NCBI GenBank assembly: GCA_003971905.1
Contig: RSEE01000106.1
Location: 124,001 to 188,000, forward strand
DNA length: 64,000 nucleotides
Origin: Moniliella sp. 'wahieum'
Lineage: Eukaryota
Reading direction: 5' to 3'
Shown: one piece after another, positions 36,600 through 49,122 of the stretch
How the letters are laid out: each line of letters opens with the position of its first letter
Position numbering within the stretch: position 1 is the first letter of the stretch
Notes under the pieces: model-generated
Told to the model about the DNA's origin: nothing
The model's database searches: none
The model's input: only the letters and a program-made list of their open reading frames with translations
Made by a program: the position numbers and the translations under genes

Positions 36600-38643
36600 T
36601 CAAACCGCGCTTTTGCCCGCATTGTTGGCCAAGCTACAGCTGGGTAGCAACCGACGCCGACGGAGTTGGGGATCGAGTTGAGGATCGAGTTGGGGATGGA
36701 ATTGGAGTTGGGGATGAGGGTGACAGGGTGGACTTGAGCTGGGGCTAGAGTTGCGAGACCAACCAGTTGCGGTCCCAGAGCCAACGCTGCGTAGGCTACC
36801 GGTTGTGACGCCCACGGGATGCGATCCCCCGGGTGCGATCTCCCCCGTTGACACCCCCCGTTGACATCGCCCCCCCATGACATCCCTCCGAGTGCGACAC
36901 GACGTGGCGCGAACCAAGCGCCGCACCCTGGTGGGCAGAGCCGGGGGGAAGAAGAGGCGGCGCAGCGGGAGCAAGTAGGACGGCCTTTTTGTGCACCTGT
37001 TGGGCCAGGGCGGTCTGTTGCCATGGTGTTGGAGCTGGCGTCGTTGCTTGGAGAACGAAGGTTACGTTGAAGCGCGGGTCAGAGGGAGAGTCAGAAGCGG
37101 AGACGCAGGTGCGGGCGCAGGTGGTGGGGTGTTGTGCGCTCGATCTCCACCTCGATCTCGATCTCGTGCCGAGTACGACGGAGGTGGGGGGTGGTACGTG
37201 CGCATACGGGCACGCTGCGACGAGAGCAGCATGTGCGTTGCAGGGTTCGAGTTCGGGTGGGGTGGGACGGTGTACGCGCTGGGCGAACATGACGGCCGTT
37301 CTGCCAGTGCCCATTCTGGTGCCCATTTCCGGTGCCCATTCTGGTGCCCATTCCGGTGCCCATTCCGGTGCCCATTTCCGGTGCCCATTCCGGTGCCCAT
37401 TCCGGTGCCCGTTCCGGTACGGTTGGAACGGAGGCCAAGAAGGGCGAGGGCGAAAAAGAAGAACGAGAGGAAGGAACCCCAGAGGAGAAGGGGGAGGAGG
37501 AGGGGCGACGGCACGTTGGGCTGATCAAAGGTGGCACGATCAAGTGTCCTGTGTGGGCGGGAGGGTGGTGTGGTGTGGTTGTGGTTGTGGTTGTGGTCGC
37601 TGATTGTGAGGCGGTAAGTCCCAGACCAAGGAGACTTGCCACGTAGCGTCTGGACCAGCTTGTTTATCATGGAGCGTGTCGAGGGCCATGAGGGCGACGC
37701 GGGCATCAAAGTACTGTACCAGCACCGATCCAGGCCGGTCCGAGCGATGGATTGGATTGGATTTCGCCACCTTGTCAAACATGTTTTGCACGCGGTCCTG
37801 CGCCAGCGTGGGGGCAACCACGCCCCTGTCAAGCAAGCCCACACGAACAGTACCTTGGTTGCTAGTGCGTGGGCAGGGCGGCAGAGAGCGATCAGGACAA
37901 GGCAGGCCGGAACCGTACTCGTACTCGTCCTCATAGTCATAGTGGACATGGATCGGGTGACGTGCAGGCCCCAGCGCGTAACCCCGCAAACGCCGTTTAG
38001 CCTCAGCCGCCGCGCGCACATCGTAAAACGTAACCAAGCCAACCCCGTGCTCGCCCACCGTTCCTCCACCGACTTGACCTCTCCATACTGCCCAAACACA
38101 GCCAAATCTCTTCGACCGACGTGGCAAGATCAACGTTGCGCACCAACAAGGTCCGACTCAGCCGTTCCGTGCTCTCGGCACGCATCTCCATCTTCCCACC
38201 GCCTTGGTGTCGACCGTCGCGGCGACGTTCACCCCGACCGTCGCGGCGACGTTCACCCCGACCGTCACGGGTACGTTCACGCCGACGTTCACGCCAACCT
38301 TCACGTGGACCTTCGCGCGGACGTTCCCGTCGACCTTCACGGCGCCCTTCGCGTCGACGCATTCCGCGCTCCCCACCACGGAACGCGTCACGGGCATACG
38401 GTTCGTGCGCAGATGCCGTTCTGCCATACGCATCGCGGCCATACTCGCGTGCCCATGCAGCCCGACCGAGCGGAGGAGGAGGAGGAGGAGGAGGAGGAGG
38501 AGGAGGAGGCGGGGCAGGACCAGCGGCGTACCCCGCAGAGGCGGGGGGAGGCGCATCGGCCGCTGGCGGGGTGTGGGTGTGGGTGGGGCAGCGCCCAGCG
38601 CGCACGGCCGTCGTGCCTGGCCATAGGGAGGGGCGCGGCTCAT
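36600..38643 (-). CDS. Two-RRM RNA-binding protein of Mei2-like RRM1/RRM2 type with low-complexity termini; 3' end approximate
   Basis: SRTLLVRNVD, FGQYGEVKS, LVTFYDVRAAAEA, PIHVHY, NQGTVRV, VQYFDARVALMALDTL. Confidence 0.7.
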
Positions 38644-38823
38644 GCTGCTTGCGGGTCAGTGAACAGTGTTCAGTAAGTTCAGCGTTCAGACGTTCAGGGC
38701 GCTTCTTGGGTTTTGGTGCTTTGGTCTGGGCTGGGCTGGGTAGAGGATTCCATGTTCCATTCCGCCCGTGGTTAATTTCTGCTGTTCCGCCACGCCACCA
38801 GTCCCAATCCACATGCGCCCTGG

Positions 38824-38886
38824 CCTACATCCTACATCCTACATCCTACATCCTACATCCTACATCCTACATCCTACATCCTACAT
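38824..38886 (+). repeat. (CCTACAT)9 heptamer microsatellite
   Basis: Direct read. Confidence 0.95.
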
Positions 38887-39093
38887 CGAGTATCGTGCAT
38901 CGTGCGAAGGGGAAACCACTGCAGGGACGGTCTCGAGCAAGACCTTCATGGCATCCAGGACCAAGCACCATGCGTGCGAATTGTATTGATCAAGCAAGAT
39001 AGAAAGAGGCAAGATGGTTAGGTGGGGGGTGGGGGGGAAGTGGTGTCCTCCTCCGCCCGACGGCGACAGTAGGTGCGAGTGAGTGATTAGTAC

Positions 39094-42000
39094 TTAGTCG
39101 AGCAGCTGCTTGGTAATGATTTCGTATGCGAATCGGCGGCGAAGGTAGGGCATGGTATCGCTAGTAAATCCAAATGGGGAAAGGTGCTCCTGGACCTGCG
39201 TCTCCTGCTTCTCCTGTCCCTGTTGTGCCTTCTGACGCACCTGGCCGTCCTGTGGCACGTCGCGTCGACAAAGATAATCGAGTGTAGCCAGGACGAACAC
39301 GCCGCAGTCGACGCCGTTATTCTGGGCGGGAAAACTGGGCGGGGAATACTCAGACCAATCGTCGTCGCGCCAAGGGAATCAGGACGATGAGCGGTATGCT
39401 CCGCGCGCAGCCAAGTGCGTACATGGTGGAAAAGGGCTTGTTGGGCATCCGTAGCGAATCGTAATATTCGATCCGTTTGCGACGTAGGTCAATGCAGCCG
39501 GTAGCCCAGTGGGTGTTGGACAGGTTGACCGGGAAGAGAATTTTATCTTTGGCCAGTATGTCGAGTTTGCGCGTCCACCGCGCCACACTTGTAGCCCCAC
39601 ACGTGCTGATCTTGTGGTAGAAAAAGGAACTGAACACATGCACGTCCCACAGCGCCTCCGCCTGCGCTAACCGACGCTTCCGCTTCCCCCGGCCCTGCCC
39701 GGCGTCAAGTTCACGACCAGGGCTAGGATCAGAACCAGAACCAGCGGGATGGGCACGCGCATTCGCATCAGCATGCGCATTTGCATTCGCATTTGCATTC
39801 GCATTCGCATTAGCATTCGCATGAGCATTCGCACTGGCCGTAGCGCGCACTTCGGCGGCTCGCTTAGATCGGTGGGCGATCAACTGGCCATAAAAGTTAA
39901 TCGATTCGTCGTTCAGCCACTGGCCCGGGCGCAAACGGAGCAAGTCGCGGTGGGTCACCTGCGCACCAGGGATGGAGATGACAAGTGCAGGCTGGGCCAT
40001 CGTCGTGCGCAGCAGTGCATGTTGGGCCGCAGTCAGCTGTGTGGGGAACGGAGCTCGGCGCGCAATGGGTTGGGGTTGGTAAGGAGGATGGGCGTGCGCA
40101 AGGGGTGTACCGAGTGCAAGGGTTTCGTCGTGCGGTGAGCTGCGACCGGTCGGGGGTTGAGCTTGGGCTTGGGCTTGGGCTTGGGGTTGAACTTGGGGTT
40201 GAATGCGGGACCGAGCATCGCGCTCGCGTTGCAAAAAGTACGTGGCCGCTTGGCGTTGGTACGCCGAAAGGAGAAAGAGAAAGAGAGAAAGAGAAGAAAG
40301 AAAGAAGAAGAAAGAAGAAAGTAACGCGGGGAGGGGGTGGTTAGGTGGTTGGATGAGGACACAAACAAGGGGGTGGTACTAGGGGGCGAGACGTACTTCC
40401 TCTACGCGTTGGCGTGGAGCGGGAGCGGAGGTTGAGGTTAAGGTGGTCGGGGGCGAAGGGGAACTGGGCGCATGCACATGCGCATGAGCTTGCGAGCGAG
40501 GGAGGTCAGTATCGATAGCTTGGAGAACCTTGGCACTCTTCCAGATAGTTTCCACTGCGTCGCGGTGGGAGCTGGCCTGCCACGGCCGGCTGGGCTGCAG
40601 CGACCGAAGCAGACGTACCAGCGAGGCGACGTTGCTTGCCCGTGCCGATTCCGATTCCGACGGTGGTGGCAGCGGAGACCGTGTCTGCTCCACACAGACA
40701 CACACACACGCAACCCCACACAAACACACACATATATACACACCACACACAACCGATTAGCCTTCCTATCGCCAGCCGAGGGAACCCAGAACCAGGACCC
40801 CAGACCAGTCAGACTTTGGTACGCACCTTAGTTCCCATGGGTTGGGGTGGGTGGCATGCAAGCTGTCCGAGGGGGAGGGGGAGCGGGGCCTGACGCCGCG
40901 CGAGGCAGTCCGAGAGTGGTAGGATTCCAAGCCGAAGAGGTATACGTGGGAGGAACCAAGCGAGGCGCCATCGACCTGTGCAATACCTGCGTTCCAATTG
41001 CCGAGACCTGCGCCATGGCACTCGCACTCCCACTTACACTTGCACTTGCACTGGCACTTGCACTGGCACTGGCGCTGGCACTTCGGCTTGTACCGGACGC
41101 TATGCGGCGCGGGACGGTGTGTTGGCGAGAGCGCGGGCCAAGGGGCCGTGCAAGGAACGCAACGAAACGGGAGCGCGCTGTGACTTGTCCGCTTCGGTGG
41201 GCGGGACAGGCCCGCTCGGACGGCGGAGGGAAGAGAAGGACGTAGGTCGCAACGGCAGCAACGGTAGCAACCCAGTGTGTTCCCCATGATCTTGAGCTTG
41301 ACCTTGAGCTTGAGCTTGAACTTGACTTGGACCGTGGAGCTGGTAGTGGTACCCTGCTTCTCGGGCTGGATGGACCCAGACTTCCCCGAGGCAAGCGGGG
41401 GAGAAGAGAGGCTCGAGCTTGGACTTGTGCTGTGGGTCAGGTCGATCCAGGATCCCCGAGGCCGAGACGGAGACGGGGGGACAAGGCAAAGTCCCCGTCC
41501 CCGTCCCCGTCCGAGGGGGAGGGAAGGATGCAGGTGTCCGAGCCGCTACGGACGGAGAGCTGGGCTGGTACGGGTTAGGGTCGCTCGACTCGCTCGCAGG
41601 TTCCGGCTCGGTGGTCGCGCTGCTGCTGCGGGAGGGGGTAGGTGCGGTCGCGGTCGTACGTCCCTCGAGAAGATGGTGCGGTGGGGTTCGCGGACGGCAC
41701 GCAGGTGAGGCAGATTCAAGTTCAAGGTTAACACCATGTTCCTGTTCAAGTGCAGGTGCAGGTTGATGTTCAAGTTCCAGTGCAAGCGACAGCGGCAGCG
41801 GCAGCGGCAACGACAGCGACGGGAGCGAAGATCCACTTCCTCTGCGTCCCGCTTATCCTGGTGCGTCTCCTGGCGCATCAGCTCCGTAAGACGATGCTCG
41901 CGCCTACCGTCCGCTTCCGTGGGGGCCGAGCAAAGTGGAGGCGAGGCCGAATGCGCAGCAGCACAACGATCGAGGGGGCGTTGGTGGGAGAAAGAGAAAG

Positions 42001-42577
42001 GTTGCGCAGACACCAAGGGGGGTGCCGTACCTCCGCCCTTTCCCCCGGACGAAAAGGAAAGAGGCGGAGAAGAGAGAGGCGGCGCATGCGGATGTGGATG
42101 CGGATGTAGGGATGGCAGCTCGACCTCAGTCGGCGTCGAGGCAGAGAGAGAAACAAGGTGCGGTACGGAAGCGGATGTGGATGCGGATGTGGATGCGGAT
42201 GCGGACGCAGCTGTGGACGGGGATGCTGGTGCTGGTGCAGGTACGGGTATTGGTGGCACTGCGTGTGCGGTGGTGGGATGCACATTGTGCTCAGGGGGGA
42301 GGAGCGACGCTTCTGCAGACACGGGACGCGGGGTGTCGGACGCAGGCGGGGCGATGGAATGGAGGGCAGTCTGGACGGCCAGGGCGCGGGCAGAGGCGGA
42401 GCGGGGGCTGTCCCTCATTTTGGCCAGCAGCTTGGACTGGTGCGGAGGCTTGGGCCCTTGGCGGCGCGGGGGGGCAGCAGCAGAGGCAGAAGAAGAGGAG
42501 GCAGACAAAGTCGGACGTCGTTTGGGCTGCTGGAGCCCCTGGGGCGAGGCGGGTGCCGCTTTGCGCTTCTGCGCCAT
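39094..42577 (-). CDS. ULP1: SUMO protease Ulp1 (peptidase C48) with long disordered N-terminus; introns and indels
   Basis: LRPGQWLNDESINFY, FSSFFY, VARWTRK, FPVNLSNTHW, IEYYDSL, QNNGVDCGVFV, MPYLRRRFAYEI. Confidence 0.88.
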
Positions 42578-43887
42578 CGTGGACCGCAGGGAGGGGGCCG
42601 ACGCAGACGCAGAAGCAGAAGCAGTGGCAGAAGCAGAAGCAGACGCAAAAGCAGAAGCAGACGCAGACGAAGAGCAAAAGAAAGCGGCGGCGGGCACTTG
42701 GAGCTGGAGTGGAGGACGAGCCAGTGAGGCCGATCGACGACAGGGAAGAAAAAAGCGTTGCACGTCGCTGGATGGGTGGCCGATGACATCACATCACGCC
42801 ACATCATAACATCACATCACATGTGCCATTTCAATTCCAACGCGCCGCTTGCGCATGTCACATGTCACGTGCAGGTTAACCACACCGCACGTCGAAATAA
42901 CCCTAAGGCCCAGGGCAAGCGTGCGGGCACCTCCATTCTCGCTCCCGCGGGGTGTAATACGACGCCCACGAACCTCCCCTCTTCCCCCCGGCCCCCGACG
43001 GCATCGCCACCGTGCAATCCAATCCGGCCCGGAGGACCCGGACCTCCTCCCCCTGCTGTGCCCACCAACTTCCCGAGGCGCTACGTGCCCCAGGGGGCTC
43101 TCGTCCCGCCCATCTCGACCGCTGTCGCGCCTAGCTCGCCAGGGGAAGAGTCGAAGTCCCCTACCCCTCCCTCCCTGGACCAATGTGGCAGCATCGACAG
43201 TATGTTCACCACCGCCACCTGTGCCACGCAAGCGGAGCGACCGCAGTGTGAAACCATGCGCCAGAACCGTGCCTCTCGCTCGCCGAGATGAAACAAGCGT
43301 ACAGTGCTCAAGACGGTACCCACCCCTGTGACGGACCAGATCATTCTTGTGAGCCACTCTCTTCCGGTCCCTTGCTGATGGAGACTACGAACCGCTTGTC
43401 CCCACCTCTTCTGCGGTACCCGGTTCCCCTCCCCTGGCCACGGAACCGCATCCTGCTCACCAAAAGATCTCGGGGTCCCGAGCCCCGCCTTACCTGCTCC
43501 GATTTTTGTTTCCGCTGGGCGTGCTTGAACGTCGAACGGGGTAATTGGTCACAGTCGTTCTACTCTGGCGAGGCCTTATTGGACCCCGTCACTAGGTATA
43601 CGCTAGTTGGTGTTGTGCCCCTGTACATGGATCGGTACACTTCTATACCAATCGAACCAACCTTGAGAAGCCGTAGTAGTTCCTACTGACTCACCACCGC
43701 CACGCTCCTTGCTTTACACGTAATATCGTTCCCGCTCCCCCTCCTACTGTCGTCGGAATCGCGTTTCCCCCCTAATAGGTTGAAGTCTGCGCGTCAAATA
43801 GAGTGCTCTGTTTCCACAGAGCAGCAATGGATGGATCGATTGCGTGATGCAACCAAGTGTCCGGGGTAAATTTTAACGTTCGTCCAC

Positions 43888-44419
43888 TGTCACATATCAG
43901 GATCGGTGGGTCGTTATGGGGGATGCCATGCTGCCCTGGTTCGGAGCCGAAGAGGCCAGAAGACGCCCAGCTGCTGAAGCATGGAGAATTGAATGTGAGG
44001 CTCTCAGGAGATGTATAGGAGGCGATGAGAAGAGTAAGGCCTTATATACTAGCGAGCAACCGCTCTCGAACCTATACTAATTTCCACTTTGCCCACTTTG
44101 CCACACTTCCACCTTCTCCCTGTACCATTGATTCTCCGTCCCACTAGCTTACGCCGTTACGACTCACGTCGGGTACACTGCAAATAGAGATTGATAAGCT
44201 TGCTCTTCACGGGGAATAGGACTGCGTCTGGTTCTGCCAGCCACAGCGTCGAGGGTAGGACCGACCAAACAACCACACATTGCGTTTCCCTCCGTACGTG
44301 CCTGGACGCTTCAACGAGTCTTGACGAGTTACGCACACTGCTCGTCTGAACGGCCTGTGCACGCAGAGGAAGCCATCCAGCCAATACTCTCTATTTCGCC
44401 TCCACACCAGGTCGTGTCA
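43888..44419 (+). mobile_element. Solo LTR-like segment distantly related to family A
   Basis: TGTCAC start, TATATA at ~44043, shares ttccaccttct...gcttacg...ttacgact.acgtcg.gt.cactgcaa with 16929-16987; no clean TSD. Confidence 0.45.
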
Positions 44420-44423
44420 TGCA

Positions 44424-45184
44424 TGTCATGGGGGGGGGTCCCGAGGTGGGACCCCCTGTAGTTTAGGGTTAAACACACTTGGCGGATCCATCGGTGGCTC
44501 GTACGTTAGTCCTGCTCCAGATCCTGGTTGAACCGAGCGGGTGAGCTGAAGGGGTCCAGGAGCTCCGAAGTTACTCTGTTCCACACAGCGTTACCACACT
44601 CGGTATCCTGTAACTGGCGGGAACAGACAGAGTCCTAAAGAAGAGCGAGCACTACTGATGAGAGTAACCGCGGCTTGCAGTGCACTCGACGGAAGTCGTA
44701 AATTCGTAAGCGTAAGGGTGGTAGAAGGTGGAAGAGCGAGAGAGGAACTGGCAGTCGGGAGATCAGCAGAATAGACAGGATTGTCGACCCACAGGACCAG
44801 CTAGCAAACCTTAGACATGGCTGCTTATATCCAGTAGAAGGAACCAGGCCTCACTTCCTCATGACAGGGATAGACAGAATGGGGCACTTCCCAGAAAGGT
44901 AAAGACAAATGCACATCCCTTGCTCTCCACAAGGCCTGACGCTCCGTAGTCGGGCGCAGCAGGAAGGGTTCTGACAAGACTGGACGCAATGGGCACAAAG
45001 CATCTCGTCCCGATAAGCCCACATGCGACCATGGCAGGCCGCGGAAGATATCCGCAGCGAGGATAAGGTGTCGACTGGCTCTCTCTCGCTAGTCAAACCG
45101 GACTGACGCGTGTTGGGTGAAGAGCTGTCTACGACATGCGGGGTTCATGTCCGGAGATATCGATAACTGGAGCGCCCCGTAACA
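44424..45184 (-). mobile_element. Solo LTR family A, second copy (lacks the ~100-bp segment 17119-17220 of copy 1)
   Basis: Reverse-complement alignment by eye to 16481-17342 over the full length; TG..CA termini; TSD not matched. Confidence 0.88.
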
Positions 45185-45764
45185 GTCTTGAAGTTACGCG
45201 CTTGCTGCTCTTCTGAGCTGCGGACTCTGCACTGTGATGCAAAGGGAGCCACCTGGTCAGAGACTCCCTCATCCTTCGCTTTCAAGCTTCAAGCTTCACA
45301 CCAGCTGGTTCGACCATGATCTGGGACCAGACTTACCGTGCGTGGTGGAGTTCACCAATTTTCCGTCGTGCAACGGTTTGTACTTCTAAACTGTAGGGGC
45401 GCGTCGCGCCGCGGGGCTCGCCCAATGATTAATTATGCATCATGACCGCGGTGACTAGTGTTCCCCCCAGTTCTTTGTCTTTCCCCGTCTTCTCTCGACT
45501 ACGTTATGTCTCCTTTGGTCCCTATCTGTACGGCAAAAATAGATCGTGGCTGCCCTCACGATCGGGTTGATGTCTGCGCAGGCCACCTCCTTCGTCGATC
45601 CATACACTACAGCAAGGCAAATGCTGCTGCTCTTGATTGTCTCCTAATAGCAACTCAGTACTCACTCACGAAAATGACGTGAGTGGGCCCTTGCGACGGC
45701 CCATAGGAATTGTGGATGACCCAAAACCCAGCCAACCGTATACCGGGAGCGTGTGGCATGGGAG

Positions 45765-45815
45765 GTGCGTGACCGCGTGACCGGTGCGTGACCGCGTGAC
45801 CGGTGCGTGACCGCC
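45765..45815 (+). repeat. Short tandem array of (GT)GCGTGACC(G) units
   Basis: gtgcgtgaccgcgtgaccggtgcgtgaccgcgtgaccggtgcgtgaccg. Confidence 0.8.
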
Positions 45816-46237
45816 GGACCGTCACGGAATGCAAATGCAAGATGAGCGCCCTGGCGAGACGCACGTCGAGCCATGCTAGTCGTGACTCGACAAGGCAAGC
45901 GGTGGAGAAGAAGGGCCTGGGTCGAGATGGGGGATAGTCGATGATCGATGATTTCTCGAGTTTATTTGACGGCGGCCGATTCTGATTCTAATTCCGATTC
46001 CGAGTCCGATTGGGATTACGCAATGCGTGGCGTGCGAGCCAACGCTGAAATTGCAATTGCCAAGCGAAGCGAAGCACAAGACGCCCGGGAAGCGCGCGTC
46101 CGTGCACGGCCGGAGATAAGCCGAGGAATAAAACGGACGTCTGTTCCCCACTCCTGCCCAGCGCATCTATCTGTTTCTCCCTCCTCTCCTCTCCTTCTCT
46201 CTCTCTCCCTCCGCCCGTACTCGTTAAGTGCAACACC

Positions 46238-47338
46238 ATGGTCCTGCCCACGACGCAATCGGCTGTGCAAGTCAGCAAGCCTGGTGGACCCGAAGTTCTC
46301 GTGGACGCTACGGTACCTGTTGGCGCTGTGCAGCAGGGGGACGTGTTGATTCAGTCCGAGTATGCTGGGGTGAACTACATTGACAATTACCTTTTGGGCG
46401 GGCTGTACCCGCGCGCTGTACCGTTCACACTCGGTGTCGAGTTGGCCGGGACAGTGGTCGCGGCTGGACAAGGTGCTTCGTTCAAGGTGGGTGACAAGGT
46501 AGCGTATTACGGTGACGGGGTTTACACGCAGTACAAGTTGGTCCCTGCTGCTGAGGTGGACAAGCGAGTAGCTTTGTTGCCCCCCGGTGTGGATAGCCGT
46601 ACGGGAGCTGCAACGCTTCTACAGGGTTTGACGGCCCTGACGAACGTTACGGAGGCGTACCGTGTCCAGAAGGGGGACTGGATTTTAGTGCCTGCCGCTG
46701 CGGGGGGTTGGGCACCCTGATCACCCAAATTGCCACCCATCGCGGCGCCCATGTAATTGGCACCGTGTCGACCGAGGAAAAAGTCCAACATGCACGCAAG
46801 GCAGGCGCCGAACACGTTTTCCTCTCGACTCAAGGGATTGACATTCCTGCCGAGGTGGCCAAGTTGACCAACGGACGTGGGGTGGAGGCGTGTTTGATGG
46901 CGTGGGAAAGGCAACGTTTGAAGGTACGTTGTTTTGGTTGTTTTTGTTGTCTTGGCCTGGCCTTGATGTGCAAAAGGGAGAGGGCAGCTAGCTAACTAGG
47001 CAAAAACCCGTCTTTTTTCTGCAGATGCGCTCAAAGCGGTTGCACGTAAGGGTACGATTTTTCGATTGGGAATGCGTCTGGTGCAGTGCCGCCTGTGAGC
47101 CTGCTACGTCTGGCCTCGAAGAACGTTAAGATTGTCCGTCCCACGCTGGGCAACTACGTTGCGACCCCAGAGGAGTGGCAGGCATACACCCAAAGAGCTG
47201 TTTGACCTGTTGGCCCAGGGAGTCATCAAGCAGAGTATCTACAAGGAGTACCCTTTCTCTGCCGAGGGTGTCCGCCAAGCCGAGCTGGACATCACATCAC
47301 GCAAGACGATTGGCAAACTGTTGATCCGGATCGCCTGA
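46238..47338 (+). CDS. ZTA1: NADPH:quinone oxidoreductase (zeta-crystallin/Zta1 family); intron 46924-47024; indels
   Basis: GGPEVL, YAGVNYIDNY..GLYP, LGVE.AG.V, LLQGLTALT, PAAAGG, GAHVIGTVST.EK, DITSRKTIGKLL. Confidence 0.88.
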
Positions 47339-48010
47339 CTCTCCGTTCACCTATGATACATGATAGGACCTTGGACTGAGCCTCTCTCTGCAACCAGCAG
47401 CGGTAGCTGTAGCGGTGGGCGCGCTTGAGTGCCGAGCGCACCCCAGGATTCTCTTGCCTCTATCCATCTGAAATGACACGGTTTGGCTGTTCAACGTTTC
47501 ACACCCTAGTTCAAGGATCGTTACTGTGCTGGAAGGGCCTACTGTGCTACTAGGCCTCGGTGACGCGCCATTTGACTTTTATTGAGTTAGTACCTACGCA
47601 TTGGATCGCTGTGAACGACGTGGGCATCAGGGATGCAGATGTACTGCACAGCACGAGGGTGGTGGTAATGACCACATGACGGAAAGAGTAGAGTGTGAGA
47701 GGAAGAAGGAAGGCGGGGTGTACGTTGCCTGGCGCACACTATAGGATGACCTGGAGGTGATGACCACTGGTGGCGCACAGGCAGGCCTACTATCTATACC
47801 AGGCAGCCAGAAAAGAAGTAGAAATTGGACACACGCAGGCACAAGATGGTTTCATCAAGGACAAGACAATAACTAGGGATGCAACGCCGCACCACAGGAG
47901 GGAGTGGGGGGGGGAGGAGGGAACAGAACCCCAACTAATACGTACATGTACGTTTTTCCTTCAACGTTTTTTTCATGTACGTTTTTTCATGTACGTTTTG
48001 CCTTTTCATG

Positions 48011-49122
48011 TTACAACCCAGCTGGGGCAGGGTGAGTGGTACGCCAGTGGTCAGCGATTTGGGAGCGAGTGGCGACCCAGACACCGTCGAATTTTGGATG
48101 TAGTCTAGGAACGCGACGAGGCCCGGGAAGCGACCTGGACGACCGATTACGCGGCAGTGGAGTCCGATGCTCATCATTTTTTCGCCCTTGGCGCCTCGGA
48201 ATAAAGTGTGTCAAAGCGTTTTTGAGGTACTCGTAAAACGGCGAGGCACCACTAAACCCGGGCGCTTGCGCAAATTTCATATCGTTGTTGTCTAACGTGT
48301 AGGGAATGACAAGCAAAGGCGGAGAGGGTTCGGTCCGCGAGGGCGAAGGACTTGTCACCCAGTACGGAAGGTCCTCGTCGTCTAAATATCACACAGTGGG
48401 TCAGTATCTGGCTCCGCCGCACACAAAGCAACATGCAAAATGCAAAACGCAAAACGCAAAACGCAAAACGCAAAACGCAAACAGCAAACAGCAAAAGGAA
48501 ACATACAGGCATCACTATCGTAGTACTTGTCGAGCAAGCCCAATTGGCGGTACTTGTCATACACGATGCGTCGTGTCTGGAGGGACTGGCGTCCGGTGTA
48601 CCATCCGAGCGGGACTGTGCGCGGAGGAAGCCTTAGTAAGTGCCGACAGGGCCAAGTCGACATGTTGCCTTTCCTCGTGCTCTGGGGTTTCCCAATAATC
48701 GATCCAGCGGTACGAGTGGGACCCGACCTCACATCCACATCTTGCATTGCATCCACCACGGCCGGGTTGAGTTCGACGGCCCGTCCGATCGCCCAGGACG
48801 TAAAGACCAAGCCACGTTCTTTGAACAGGTTGAGGATGCGCCAAAACCCACGGTGGGCACCGTACTCGTACCCACTCTCCACACGCCCAGGTTGCGACCG
48901 GGACGCGCGCTGCCGGTGGCACCAGACTCGGAAAGGAAGGCCTCGCTGTGGGCTCACCGTTGAGGAGAGTGTGCTCGCCGCCTTCCTCGTAGTTGAGGAC
49001 AAAGGAGATGCAGATCTTGGCTCCGCCGGGCCACTGGGGGTCGGGAGATGGGGGCCGTAGCCGACCATGTCGCGGGCGGCGTGGTCGAGGACGGAAGGCG
49101 GAGCAGGAGCAGAGGCAGCCAT
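48011..49122 (-). CDS. PuuE-type allantoinase / polysaccharide deacetylase (CE4) family protein; intron 48382-48506; indels
   Basis: RDMVGYG..PDPQWPGGAKICISFVLNYEEGGE, ESGYEYG..GFWRI, GSHSYRWIDY, GWYTGR, DLPYW, IPYTLDNNDMKF, MMSIGLHCRVIGRPGR, IADHW. Confidence 0.9.

Noticed and set aside
38824..38886. Tandem arrays as CRISPR or telomere repeats
   Set aside because: No spacers, eukaryotic context, units are not TTAGGG-like
41736..42809. Long antisense ORFs here and over NSR1, POM152, the RRM gene and the ARM gene
   Set aside because: Shadow ORFs caused by high GC and microsatellites opposite real genes
42898..42906. TAACCCTAA as a telomerase RNA template
   Set aside because: No recognisable pseudoknot or CR4/5; better explained as the promoter AACCCTA motif
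44655..44705. CTGATGA-GAGT...ACTC in LTR family A as a hammerhead ribozyme
   Set aside because: Stem II is followed by GAC rather than GAAA, and the other copy reads CTGATGT
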